From positions 1 to 64,000 of IMG/VR virus record IMGVR_UViG_3300030406_003049: a stretch of DNA of 64,000 nt. One strand, written 5' to 3'. Below, piece by piece: positions 1 through 9,649 of the stretch (positions within the stretch are counted from its first letter, which is position 1; every line of letters begins with the position of its first letter). Below the pieces are notes generated by a model. The model was not told the origin of the DNA. It saw only the letters and a list, made by a program, of their open reading frames with translations, and did not search any database. Position numbers and translations under genes: made by a program. Origin of the DNA: a virus.

Positions 1-95
1 CTCAAGGACAGATGAGTTATGAACCTCCACAAAGCGGATTAGGTTTAGGTAGTGCTATACAGAAAGGTGCGGCTTGGGCTAAATGGTTAATGTGA
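1..95 (+). CDS. 3' end of an upstream ORF (partial)
   Basis: Frame 3 is open (...QSGLGLGSAIQKGAAWAKWLM) to TGA at 93-95, next to the GAAGGTGG RBS of the following gene. Confidence 0.55.
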   Translation, partial: QGQMSYEPPQSGLGLGSAIQKGAAWAKWLM

Positions 96-105
96 AGGTG
101 GTTTT

Positions 106-1848
106 TTGGCTCTAACCATTAATGTAGATTTGGGCGGTAGAACACCCGAACCTATTACATGGTCTAAAGAATTGGCTAAAAAAAAATTAATTGAATATTT
201 ATTTGTTGATTATTTAGATGAGCAAAAATATGGAAAAGAATATAATTTAATTAAGAGATTTAGTAGAATATATAGCCCTAAAAAGGTGGCTAAAAATAGC
301 AGGGCTTTGAAAGGATTTACTAAAAGTGCATATAAAGATATATTTAAAGAAGCATTAACTTCTATTGAAGGAGAAAAAATAGAACAACTAATTGAGCCAT
401 TAGAACTAAAAAAAGAATTTGAAGAATTTACTAAAAGCGAGAAAGGTAAAGAAGTCATAAAAGAAGAGATTAATGATTTGTCCGATAAAGTTCTTGCTAG
501 AATATATGAAGATACAGAAAAAATGAAAAGTGCTGAACTTGAAAAAGATAGAGGGCTTTCCGAAGATGAAGCAGAAGCCTACTTTACAAAAATAATGGAA
601 GTTGAAGATAAAAGAATAAAAGAAGATTTAGTAAGAAAATATACTATAGACGGTATAGACGACTTTGGTAAAAACAAAGAAAATATTAAACTCAAAAAAC
701 TTAAACAATTAGGATTTAAGGATATAGGATTAATTAGTAAAAAGAAAAAAGAGTCTCTTCTCGGTGATGATGGAGGAAGACTTAGCCTTGAGGACACCAA
801 AGATATTTACGGAGATTCAGCATATAGATTTCAAAAAGTTCTTTTTGGTAAAGATGAAGCCTTTGGTGGAGAAAAAGATGCTACAGGCGAAGAATTAAAA
901 TCAGTAAGTGATGCACTTATGATTAAGTTTGGCTATGAATGGGAACAGAAAAATGAAGATAAGGTTAAACAATATCAAGAATTACAGAAACCGTTTTTAA
1001 AATTAAAAAAGATTATTGATAGATATAGAGATGTGTTAATGCGTGAAGTTGAACCTATGTTAGAAGGCGAAGATGAAGAAGCAAAATCACTACAAGAAAT
1101 ATACAACCTTTACTCTAGGGGCAATAAAAAACTAGACGCTGACTATACAATTACATTAGATGGTAAACTACAAGGAATACCGGAAGCACTAGGAGAATTA
1201 TTCTTGGCGGTATTTCCCGACGAACCCGCAGGTTCTAAAGTTTATGAAGAACACAAAAATGTTTTAAAATTAATAACAATGATAGGTAGAAAAAAGCGTA
1301 GTTTTGTTTCAAGAGATACAGATAAAAATGACTACAAGGTAGATATACTTAGAGTTGAAAAAGACGCAGATGGAAAAAATATTACAGTTTCTACTCTTAA
1401 AGAACAAATAAATAAGATTCAAAAAGAAAAAACCCAATATGCTAAAGCCGAAATTAAAGAATTAGAAGAGAAAACAATAGGGTATGAAGTTAAACCAAGT
1501 AGGGCATTACAAAAGAAAGCAAGTAAAATGTTTGACAGTAAAAAAGAAGTATTTGATTTTTTCAAAAGCCAACTAACAGATTTGAATGCAGTATATTTTA
1601 TACAACTTACAATAAAAAATAAACAGGAAAAAGGCAAGAGTAAGGGCTACAGTATTAGGTCTAATAAAGATGAAGGAAAATCGGAAATGATTAAAAAGAA
1701 AATTGTCTTTGAAAGAAGTTTTGCTAGTAGTGTTGCTAGAGTAAGTAGAGAAAATAAAACCGACTATAAAGAAATACAAAAAGCAAGTGGCTTAATTAAC
1801 AATCTTAAGAGAGGACTAAATTTATTAAGAAACACAGGAAGTGAATAA
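106..1848 (+). CDS. Large charged hypothetical protein in the morphogenesis module
   Basis: 580-aa K/E-rich ORF; TTG start with GAAGGTGG RBS; no motif recognised. Confidence 0.75.
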   Translation: MALTINVDLGGRTPEPITWSKELAKKKLIEYLFVDYLDEQKYGKEYNLIKRFSRIYSPKKVAKNSRALKGFTKSAYKDIFKEALTSIEGEKIEQLIEPLELKKEFEEFTKSEKGKEVIKEEINDLSDKVLARIYEDTEKMKSAELEKDRGLSEDEAEAYFTKIMEVEDKRIKEDLVRKYTIDGIDDFGKNKENIKLKKLKQLGFKDIGLISKKKKESLLGDDGGRLSLEDTKDIYGDSAYRFQKVLFGKDEAFGGEKDATGEELKSVSDALMIKFGYEWEQKNEDKVKQYQELQKPFLKLKKIIDRYRDVLMREVEPMLEGEDEEAKSLQEIYNLYSRGNKKLDADYTITLDGKLQGIPEALGELFLAVFPDEPAGSKVYEEHKNVLKLITMIGRKKRSFVSRDTDKNDYKVDILRVEKDADGKNITVSTLKEQINKIQKEKTQYAKAEIKELEEKTIGYEVKPSRALQKKASKMFDSKKEVFDFFKSQLTDLNAVYFIQLTIKNKQEKGKSKGYSIRSNKDEGKSEMIKKKIVFERSFASSVARVSRENKTDYKEIQKASGLINNLKRGLNLLRNTGSE

Positions 1849-1849
1849 T

Positions 1850-2968
1850 ATGGCGATAGCATCATCACCAAGCGACTATACCTCTATTGATGTAGATTAT
1901 TCAGTAGGTAAAGGATATTATACAGATAAAGATGCAGTATCGGACATGCTACAAGTCCCTGCGTTTACATCTTCAACATATCCTAGTCAAGCCCAAGTTG
2001 GTAAGATTATAAAAAATATAGAAGGCATAGTTGATGATAAAGTAAAGAGGTCATATAGGCCAATTATTCACAAAGATGAGTTTCATGATTTTGAATTTGT
2101 TAGACACCCAATGCAAGCATATTATGGTGGCTATGTTGGCTTCATACAATTAGCCACAATGAAACTAAAGAAAGTAATATCTTTGAAAGTCTGGCAGGGA
2201 AATAGTTATCAAGAATTGGCTTCGGCTCAAGCAAGCATAACATTACACCCCGACGACTTTCATAAACTTAGGAGTATAACTTTACAACTTCCTAATAATG
2301 GAGATACATTCACTTTGTTTCATCATGGAGAAGGTGCTATGTCAGCGCATAATACATTTGATAGTAGATTTGGAGCAAAAACAACGGCAAGGGATATTTG
2401 TCATTTAATTAATGAGGAGTTTCCTGCGAATACTGCTCAATTTACAGGGGCAAATAGAGAGAAAGAGAGGTCTTCTTCTCCTAACAATTTAAGTGTAAGT
2501 GATTTCTTTTATGCTTCTATTGACCCCGATAATGGATATAAAATTAACATTTCAAGTTTGTTAGCAGGAGAAGATGGTTCGGGTTGCACTATAACACTAG
2601 CAGATAAAGCAGGACAAAACTCTCAATCATCTTCGGAAGCATTTACAGACATGCAAGACATGAAAAGATTAGGTAGTTTTTGGAGCATTAAAGATGATGG
2701 GAGAATATTTTTCTTAAGGGACTATCCTTATCATACTCAAAACTCAATTATAATTACTTATGTTGCGGGTTCTTCAAGAGTTCCTTCGGCTATACATAAA
2801 GCAACCACAATGTTAGTTGCGGCTGAATTGTTGCGACATGACGACCAAACAATAATGATTGCTGAAACTGGCGGTAATATTTCAACTAAAGAAAAGTATG
2901 ACATTCTAACAAAAGAGGCTATGGACATACTGAAAGGAAAGGGTGATTTAGTTTATTTAATTGAGTGA
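1850..2968 (+). CDS. Putative head-tail adaptor/connector
   Basis: C-terminal 'ITYVAG...VPSAIHKATTMLVAAELL' resembles gp6/gp15-type adaptors; lies before the tail genes; ATG at 1850 after GTGAATAAT. Confidence 0.6.
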   Translation: MAIASSPSDYTSIDVDYSVGKGYYTDKDAVSDMLQVPAFTSSTYPSQAQVGKIIKNIEGIVDDKVKRSYRPIIHKDEFHDFEFVRHPMQAYYGGYVGFIQLATMKLKKVISLKVWQGNSYQELASAQASITLHPDDFHKLRSITLQLPNNGDTFTLFHHGEGAMSAHNTFDSRFGAKTTARDICHLINEEFPANTAQFTGANREKERSSSPNNLSVSDFFYASIDPDNGYKINISSLLAGEDGSGCTITLADKAGQNSQSSSEAFTDMQDMKRLGSFWSIKDDGRIFFLRDYPYHTQNSIIITYVAGSSRVPSAIHKATTMLVAAELLRHDDQTIMIAETGGNISTKEKYDILTKEAMDILKGKGDLVYLIE

Positions 2969-2973
2969 TTTGT

Positions 2974-3171
2974 ATGCAAGAAATACAGATGTTCAAGAAA
3001 TTTTTAGAAATAGAAATGGAAAGACAAAAAGCCATGCAAGAACTTTCCGAAATATTAGGTATTGATATTAGTTTTAGTAAAGATGAAATGATTAAAAATG
3101 CACAAGAAAACTTTAGCAGGGCAATATCTCAAAAAATAAGTGATGATTTTAAAAAGGCATTGAGGCGATAA
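2974..3171 (+). CDS. Small hypothetical protein
   Basis: Tightly packed ORF in the operon. Confidence 0.55.
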   Translation: MQEIQMFKKFLEIEMERQKAMQELSEILGIDISFSKDEMIKNAQENFSRAISQKISDDFKKALRR

Positions 3172-3172
3172 A

Positions 3173-3682
3173 ATGGACGAGGTTAGTTTACTCATTGATT
3201 TAGTTTCAAGTAAATGGAGTTCTTCTGTCACCACTTTAATTAGCGAAGGAAAGATAACTGCCGACCATGCAGGAACTCCTAACTTTGTTGATGTTAGAAC
3301 ATTGGATAAGAATAGAGGAGTTAGATATGATTTAACCGCCAAAGATGTAATTATATTTTTTGAGGATTCACAAAATTTAGAATATCCAACTATTCATTTT
3401 GATGTAAGGCATGAAACTTATTCATTTACTATGCACATAAGAACCATACATGACGAAAGAGCAGGAACAGATGCTAGTTTTGGTAAAGACAGGCTAAAGG
3501 CTTTATACTTGATAGCCCGTCATACGCTTGAGCGAGGTCGTAAGGGACATACTGCAAGTGATGGTTCTAAATTCAATCAAATATTTGTAGGTTCAAGAAG
3601 TGAAAGCAACGATAGAGCAAAGAGGTTATTCGGATATAAATTAACGGTAGAGGCAAAACGATTCGCATTAAGTATTCCCTAG
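3173..3682 (+). CDS. Putative tail terminator/completion protein
   Basis: 169 aa, immediately upstream of the tail tube gene; positional inference. Confidence 0.5.
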   Translation: MDEVSLLIDLVSSKWSSSVTTLISEGKITADHAGTPNFVDVRTLDKNRGVRYDLTAKDVIIFFEDSQNLEYPTIHFDVRHETYSFTMHIRTIHDERAGTDASFGKDRLKALYLIARHTLERGRKGHTASDGSKFNQIFVGSRSESNDRAKRLFGYKLTVEAKRFALSIP

Positions 3683-3712
3683 TAAGTTTGTAAGGAGAGG
3701 GGAGATGAAAGC

Positions 3713-5278
3713 ATGGTAGTAAATGAAGAAATATTTGTAGGAAGTGGAGCGACACTAAGTTTTGTTCCCGAAGTAGATTATTATATTAAAAAAACAGCAG
3801 TTAGCGGTGATGAATCAACAATTACTTTTCATGGCGACCAAGCACATTTCCGTTTAATAAAAGACTTATATGTTGGTTGCACCATTGATAGATTTGATAA
3901 TAATAATGTATTAAAATCAACACATACTATTACTGGTAATTCGGGTAGTTCTGCTTCTTCGGCTACAATAACTTTTACCCCTACTGCAAAATCAACCGCC
4001 ACTAATGACTACTATGTTATTAGAGGCTATGGCGCACCATGTCCTGCTCCTGCACAAAATAGTAAATCTACATTAAACGCTGATAATTTTATTGGTTTAG
4101 TAGAATCAGCAACATTCCCAAACTTAGAAGTAGAAATGAAACAATTGAATTTAAATTTAGGTGGAACAAGAAACTTTACTCATCAGTATAAAGGAATAGA
4201 AACTGCTAGTGGTGGAAATATTGCTTTGATTGCTAATCAGGGCCATTGGCTATATTATGCTCTTGGGAGATGCACCGCTACAACTATTCCTGCCGGAATT
4301 AGGTCAGCCGCTACCGCAGGTAGTTTTTCTGCTCCATATACTGTAAATAGTGCAGATGCTAATACTTTCTTACACGATGATACTTCACACATTGAAGATG
4401 GCCCTATATTTTATAGAACAATAGGAAATAGTATTACTCCTCCACTAATGCCGACAGACACAACAGTAGGACAATTAGTGGCTTTGGCTTCTTTGTCAGC
4501 AGGTAATTTTGCTACTAACTTTATCACTTATACGATTAATGAACAAGACACTTCAAAACTTCCTTCATTTGCTTTAGAACAATCTATTTCAAAAACTGAT
4601 ACAAACTTACTAACTGATATAGATTCAGCCGCAACAGAAAGTCATAACTTTGTCCGTATTGCTAGAGGAAATAGAGTCAATACTCTAACAATAACCGCTA
4701 ATGAAAATGAAGAAGTTAAAATGACTATGGACTTAAACAGTAGTGCGGTAAATGCTTTAGACATTGATGAAGAAATGTATGCTAGAAACAATGTTGCCGA
4801 TGTAGAAAATTTCAGCAATAGAAAGAATGCTCAAGCAGGACACCTAGAACCATTCTTTTTCAGTGATGGTATTTTTAGTGCCTTTGGACATACTTTCTTG
4901 AAAATAACTAACTTTACTTTAACTATCAACAATAACATACAAGATAAAAGATTTGTTGGAGTAGGCAGTAAATCGGTTAAACAAGGAATACCTGCACAAA
5001 GAACATACGAACTAACTTTTACTGCGTTAGTCACTGACGATAGATTGTTTAGAGAATTGTTAAATCAAGCAGAAGATACAACAAACGATATTACTTTGCA
5101 GTTTGATAAGAGCAACGGAGAACAAATAAAATTAGTTTTTGAGAATGCTTTTACTAGTGCGGCTAACTTTACTATACCCGACGATAAAGGGCCAATAACA
5201 GTAGAGGCCACTATAATGCCTAGAGGATTAAAGACTAATGGTTGCACAATTATTACTCATGCAGGTTTGATGGGGTGA
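3713..5278 (+). CDS. Major tail tube protein (with insertion domains)
   Basis: C-terminal 'ITNFTLTINNN...QRTYELTFTA...ITVEATIMP' is typical of tail tube proteins; precedes chaperone and tape measure. Confidence 0.75.
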   Translation: MVVNEEIFVGSGATLSFVPEVDYYIKKTAVSGDESTITFHGDQAHFRLIKDLYVGCTIDRFDNNNVLKSTHTITGNSGSSASSATITFTPTAKSTATNDYYVIRGYGAPCPAPAQNSKSTLNADNFIGLVESATFPNLEVEMKQLNLNLGGTRNFTHQYKGIETASGGNIALIANQGHWLYYALGRCTATTIPAGIRSAATAGSFSAPYTVNSADANTFLHDDTSHIEDGPIFYRTIGNSITPPLMPTDTTVGQLVALASLSAGNFATNFITYTINEQDTSKLPSFALEQSISKTDTNLLTDIDSAATESHNFVRIARGNRVNTLTITANENEEVKMTMDLNSSAVNALDIDEEMYARNNVADVENFSNRKNAQAGHLEPFFFSDGIFSAFGHTFLKITNFTLTINNNIQDKRFVGVGSKSVKQGIPAQRTYELTFTALVTDDRLFRELLNQAEDTTNDITLQFDKSNGEQIKLVFENAFTSAANFTIPDDKGPITVEATIMPRGLKTNGCTIITHAGLMG

Positions 5279-5282
5279 TTGA

Positions 5283-5399
5283 ATGGGTCAAGGATATTCA
5301 TATAGAGATTTACTTCAAGAAAAATCTAAGAAAAAGGCTAAACCAAAAGCCGCTAAGAAGGCTAAGGAGGAGAAAAAAGAAACTCCAAAAGCCGAGTAA
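5283..5399 (+). CDS. 38-aa Lys/Ala-rich microprotein (not in ORF track)
   Basis: GGGGTGA RBS, ATG 5283, MGQGYSYRDLLQEKSKKKAKPKAAKKAKEEKKETPKAE, TAA 5397-5399. Confidence 0.55.
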   Translation: MGQGYSYRDLLQEKSKKKAKPKAAKKAKEEKKETPKAE

Positions 5400-5453
5400 T
5401 TATAAATTCCACCAACACCGTTTGTTTGTTTGTTGGTTTTGAAGGTGGATAAT

Positions 5454-5819
5454 ATGACTGAAAAGAAAGTGATTAAAGATAAGAATGTGCTATTTGCACT
5501 ACAAGAGCCTACGCTACATTATGTTAAAGTAGCACCCGACCAAGAAGAATATCTAAAAGTGTGGGTAAAAGAACCCACATGGTTAGAGGCTGAAAAGGCC
5601 ATGAATAGCATGATGAAATTAGATGCTAAAACCCAAGATGTAGATATTGATATTAACGCCATGTATCGTTATATGGTTGAAAATTTCATATCAAAAACAG
5701 AACCCTCCCTCTCCACTATTGACATGTTAAGGTTAAGTCCTTATGTCGGTAATCAATTAAAAGAAATACTACCTAATCCTATGACTGTTTTACAGGAGGA
5801 CAACGAAAAAAAGGAATAA
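5454..5819 (+). CDS. Tail assembly chaperone (gpG-like)
   Basis: Between tail tube and tape measure; ends over a slippery heptamer; GAAGGTGG RBS before ATG 5454. Confidence 0.75.
   Translation: MTEKKVIKDKNVLFALQEPTLHYVKVAPDQEEYLKVWVKEPTWLEAEKAMNSMMKLDAKTQDVDIDINAMYRYMVENFISKTEPSLSTIDMLRLSPYVGNQLKEILPNPMTVLQEDNEKKE
5807..5813 (+). other. Programmed -1 ribosomal frameshift site (A AAA AAG)
   Basis: In-frame X XXY YYZ heptamer; the -1 frame stays open to TAG at 6026-6028. Confidence 0.75.
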
Positions 5820-6028
5820 TTGAGAATACTATTAGGGGAAAGCCTAGCGACCCCAAAACAGTATTCTTAATTTTGACTTATACATTGGCTAGTGCTTTAT
5901 CTATAAGTCCTTTAGAAATATACAAAATGCCGACAAGTCTTGTTATGGACTTGTTAATGGTTCACGGAAGTATGGAAAAGATTAAACAGGAAGAATTAGA
6001 CAAGGTAAAACGACAAGCAGGGATTTAG
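5813..6028 (+). CDS. gpT-like -1 frameshift extension of the tail chaperone
   Basis: GIIENTIRGK...LASALSISPLEIYKMPTSLVMDLL...AGI*; fills the gap up to the tape measure ATG. Confidence 0.7.
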   Translation, partial: GIIENTIRGKPSDPKTVFLILTYTLASALSISPLEIYKMPTSLVMDLLMVHGSMEKIKQEELDKVKRQAGI

Positions 6029-6029
6029 T

Positions 6030-7838
6030 ATGGCCGATGATGAAGTTGTCAAACTTGTAGGCAATCTAAATGATTTAAATTCTGTTTCCTATAAAGCGGG
6101 ACTAGAGTTTAGGGGTCTTACTAAGCGTCTTATCGTAATGTCCGATAGTGTATCGGGCGCAGGTAAAAAATGGACTATTTTTGCTAGGCTTGTTTCCGGT
6201 AGTCCACTATGGAGATTACAAAATAAAGTTAGGGCGTTTGTTGATTCTTTAGCATTAATGGAGGAGGCTTCAAGAAAAAATACGGAAGCCCAAAAAGCGG
6301 CTGATGAACAAGTAATAAATTTAGTTAAGAGTCAGCGAATGCTAACTAAAGTAGAAGAAGAAGGGGCTAATGCAGGAAAAACACAAGTAAAAATTATACA
6401 GGAACAACTTAAATTACTAAAACACCATTTAGACTATCAAGAACAATATGGCGATTCTATATCTAATAATTTATTGATTGAGAAAAGAATAGAAGAACTA
6501 ATGAACGAGGCTAATACAGAACGAAGGGAAGCAATACAAAATACAGTTGCTTTCAATAAAGCCTTATTATTAGGAAAAAGCGACTTAGAAGCATATGCAG
6601 AAGGAATGGAAGAACTAATAGCAAAAGCAGACCAAATGCAAGAGACTTTTGAAGATGCACAAAAGGCCGCTAAACTCGCTGAAAATCTAAAGATAAGAGA
6701 TATGAGCGACCCGAAAGAAGCAAAGAAAAGAAAAGAAGGAGTAAAAGCGGCAAGAGAACAGTTCGGAAGTTTCTTTAGTAAGGAAAAAGGAACAGAACAA
6801 AAAGAATTTATAGAAATGTTAGCAGAAAGAAAGAAAGATGAAAAATCTTTTGGAGGAAAAGCACTATTCTTTCTACAAAAGAAAAGACAACAAATGTTTA
6901 ATTTTACTGTAAAATACCAAAAGTTCATGCTAGGCGTTGGAAAAATGGCTAGACCAGTTCTAAATTATGCCTTTAAGGTAATGATTATGATTATGTTAGG
7001 TATTGTCGCTTTCTTAGCCTTTGCTAAAATAGCCTACGAAGCCTTTGGATTTTTACAAGAATTTGGTGTCTTTGAAGACCTTAAGAGAATAGGAATGTTA
7101 GTTCTTGATACGGCTAAAAATATTATAGGATTAATAATGGCCGTTGTCAGTGGAGATGTATATAAGTTCATAGAACATGGAGAAAAGATAGTTAAAAATA
7201 TAATAGCCATAGGAATATTAGCAGTTGCGGCAATATTAAAAACACTATTCGCATTAGCAGTAGGGGCATTTTATAGCATAATAGATTTCATAGAGAAATT
7301 AAAAGATGATAAAGACTTACGAAATAAAGTGTTTGAAATTATCATGAAAGCCGGTGTTTTATTGCTTGCCGCATATTTTATTAAATATCTAGCAATAAAA
7401 CTTATGGAAATAGCCGCTATCTATGCACTTCCTGTATTAATAGGAGTTCTTCTTATAGCAGGAATAACTGCTCTCTTGTATAAAATCGTTAAGGACTTTA
7501 AAATAGGTAGAGTTTTTGAAGGTGCTAAAAAACTCGGAGGTAAAGTTAAAAGTTTTGTAAAAGACAAGATAATACCTAGAGCCACCGGAGGTATAGTAGG
7601 TAGTGGAGAAACAACTCTTGTTGGAGAAAGAGGGCCGGAATTAGTTAAATTACCCGCAGGTTCAAGAGTTCACACCAATGACGCAAGCAAGAAAATGGCG
7701 GGTCATACGATAAATAATACATTCAATATAACAGTTCATGGCGGTCTTTCTAATGTTCCTAAGTTGGCTGAACAATTAGGTAAAGAAATAGGCAATAAGA
7801 TAACGAGGCGAATATCCTCAAGCGGATTATTTAGGTGA
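6030..7838 (+). CDS. Tape measure protein
   Basis: Helical/coiled-coil N-terminal half, hydrophobic segments, C-terminal 'RATGGIV...LVGERGPELV' motif typical of tape measure proteins. Confidence 0.85.
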   Translation: MADDEVVKLVGNLNDLNSVSYKAGLEFRGLTKRLIVMSDSVSGAGKKWTIFARLVSGSPLWRLQNKVRAFVDSLALMEEASRKNTEAQKAADEQVINLVKSQRMLTKVEEEGANAGKTQVKIIQEQLKLLKHHLDYQEQYGDSISNNLLIEKRIEELMNEANTERREAIQNTVAFNKALLLGKSDLEAYAEGMEELIAKADQMQETFEDAQKAAKLAENLKIRDMSDPKEAKKRKEGVKAAREQFGSFFSKEKGTEQKEFIEMLAERKKDEKSFGGKALFFLQKKRQQMFNFTVKYQKFMLGVGKMARPVLNYAFKVMIMIMLGIVAFLAFAKIAYEAFGFLQEFGVFEDLKRIGMLVLDTAKNIIGLIMAVVSGDVYKFIEHGEKIVKNIIAIGILAVAAILKTLFALAVGAFYSIIDFIEKLKDDKDLRNKVFEIIMKAGVLLLAAYFIKYLAIKLMEIAAIYALPVLIGVLLIAGITALLYKIVKDFKIGRVFEGAKKLGGKVKSFVKDKIIPRATGGIVGSGETTLVGERGPELVKLPAGSRVHTNDASKKMAGHTINNTFNITVHGGLSNVPKLAEQLGKEIGNKITRRISSSGLFR

Positions 7839-7844
7839 TGATAA

Positions 7845-8507
7845 ATGGGAAGCGTATATCTTAAACTGCAAAGACATTCTTCAAGTGATGGACTAAACAT
7901 AAATGTCATTGAGTTATTAACGACACAAGTTAGCATAAGTGTTAGTAAAACCATACCTGCTTTTGAAGTTCCTTTGTCCGGTGTTGCTACTGGTGAGTCA
8001 ATAACTGCGGCATTAGATTTAGGAATGGCTCAAAAAACAATATCACTTCAAGGAGTAATATTAGACCAAGTAGTTAAGAAAACTCATACTGATGGTGGAG
8101 AAATTAACACTAGTGTATTTACTGCACATGAGATTGCACAAATGATTGCTTCCGGTGTTGATTCAACAGGATTTGCTAAGAATCAAGCATTCAATGAATT
8201 AGTTGTTTTGATACCTTCTTTTGTTGATTCTAATTACAATCAAAGAATTGGTAAAAAAAGTTCATCTACTATTGTAGAGGGAGATGATAGGGACGAGGGA
8301 ACTTTAGTTCCGTTTAATTTTGCTTCAAGGGGAAGCAATAACGCTTTGGATAATTTAGGAGTTCCTGCTAAAATATCTTCTTTCCCCGATGCTGAAACAG
8401 ACACAGGATTAACAGGCTTCATTAGAAGTTTTAGTTGTGATATTAGCGCAGAAACCTTTGAATTAAGTTTCTCTTTAGAGTTCCAAACTGCTTTGATTGC
8501 TCCATAG
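7845..8507 (+). CDS. Putative distal tail (Dit-like) protein
   Basis: Directly follows the tape measure; beta-rich, 'KTISLQGVI' and 'FSLEF' ends. Confidence 0.5.
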   Translation: MGSVYLKLQRHSSSDGLNINVIELLTTQVSISVSKTIPAFEVPLSGVATGESITAALDLGMAQKTISLQGVILDQVVKKTHTDGGEINTSVFTAHEIAQMIASGVDSTGFAKNQAFNELVVLIPSFVDSNYNQRIGKKSSSTIVEGDDRDEGTLVPFNFASRGSNNALDNLGVPAKISSFPDAETDTGLTGFIRSFSCDISAETFELSFSLEFQTALIAP

Positions 8508-8515
8508 GTGATAGT

Positions 8516-9649
8516 ATGTATGACATTCTACTAGGAAAACAGAAAGGCTTAGTGTTTCCTGTTATGTGTAATGCTCATGTAAAAATAGACTATAGCGATA
8601 ATGTGCCGGATTTGAATTATGGTATATGGGAGCATACTGGTTCATTTACTTTTGAATCTATTATTACTCCTTATGACATAAACGGAGTAGGGCAGTTGTC
8701 GGCTCAATCAAGATATAATCCTAGACAAACAAAGAAAGTAATGCCTAGTGTTCTTTATTCACAAAATGCAGGAGCAGGAGGACAAAACCAAAGCGAACTA
8801 TACTTGCCTCTAGCAAAAGCAAACACCATAACTAGGTTTACACATGAAATGAGAATTTTCTCTAGCACTAATTATTACATTTCATTAGTTAATTCTACAA
8901 CTCACAATGAAAATCAACCTGCTGAATATAAAATAAAAGTTGGAGTTAAATTAGGAGGCGTTGATTATACTATGATAACTGACAATGCCGTTATAACTGC
9001 AACAGAAGGAGTAGGTTGGCGTAATGGTTCAACTTCTTTTCCCACATTAGAAGGCTTTGATGAAAACGGTAGAATAAAATATATACATGCCGGAACTACT
9101 GATGCTAATAGTAGTGGAACTACAATTAATGTTGATAGCACTACAAAGTTTCATCAATTTCAAGAGGTATTTACAAGAGATGGATTTAATTTTACTTCTT
9201 TAGGCACTATCGCATCTAATGGTATAAATACAGGCGTTAGTTTTGTTTTAGATAATGCACCATCAAGCACTTTATCTTCGGGAGTAAAGATATTTATTCC
9301 CGCATTCAAAGAACCTGCTTATATCAACAATCAATTTCATATCGCTTTTAGTTTTACACAAAGAAAAAATAGCGTAGGTAGAATATTCTTGAATGGTATA
9401 TTAATCAAAGAACAAGAGTTTTCTTCCGGTAGTGCGGTTTTCTCAATGGCTTCCGAAGATTTGTTTATCGGTGCTTCTAATAATCAAGGAACTGGTGCTG
9501 ATAGTGCGGGACTCAATAAACAGTTTATGGGTGAACTTCATGAAATTTGTATGACTTCCGATATTAGAAAGAAGTTTTTAACCAATACTTTAATGCCTAA
9601 TTCGGATAGCACTTTAATGTATTTTAAATTTGAGGAGGGGGATTTGTGA
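8516..9649 (+). CDS. Tail protein with LamG/concanavalin-like domain
   Basis: 'SFTFESII', 'FHIAFSF...IFLNG', 'LFIGA...FMGELHEI' LamG signature. Confidence 0.7.
   Translation: MYDILLGKQKGLVFPVMCNAHVKIDYSDNVPDLNYGIWEHTGSFTFESIITPYDINGVGQLSAQSRYNPRQTKKVMPSVLYSQNAGAGGQNQSELYLPLAKANTITRFTHEMRIFSSTNYYISLVNSTTHNENQPAEYKIKVGVKLGGVDYTMITDNAVITATEGVGWRNGSTSFPTLEGFDENGRIKYIHAGTTDANSSGTTINVDSTTKFHQFQEVFTRDGFNFTSLGTIASNGINTGVSFVLDNAPSSTLSSGVKIFIPAFKEPAYINNQFHIAFSFTQRKNSVGRIFLNGILIKEQEFSSGSAVFSMASEDLFIGASNNQGTGADSAGLNKQFMGELHEICMTSDIRKKFLTNTLMPNSDSTLMYFKFEEGDL

Noticed and set aside
3713-5278. Contractile tail sheath
   Set aside because: The C-terminus fits a tube protein followed directly by chaperone and tape measure; no separate tube gene or baseplate wedge genes
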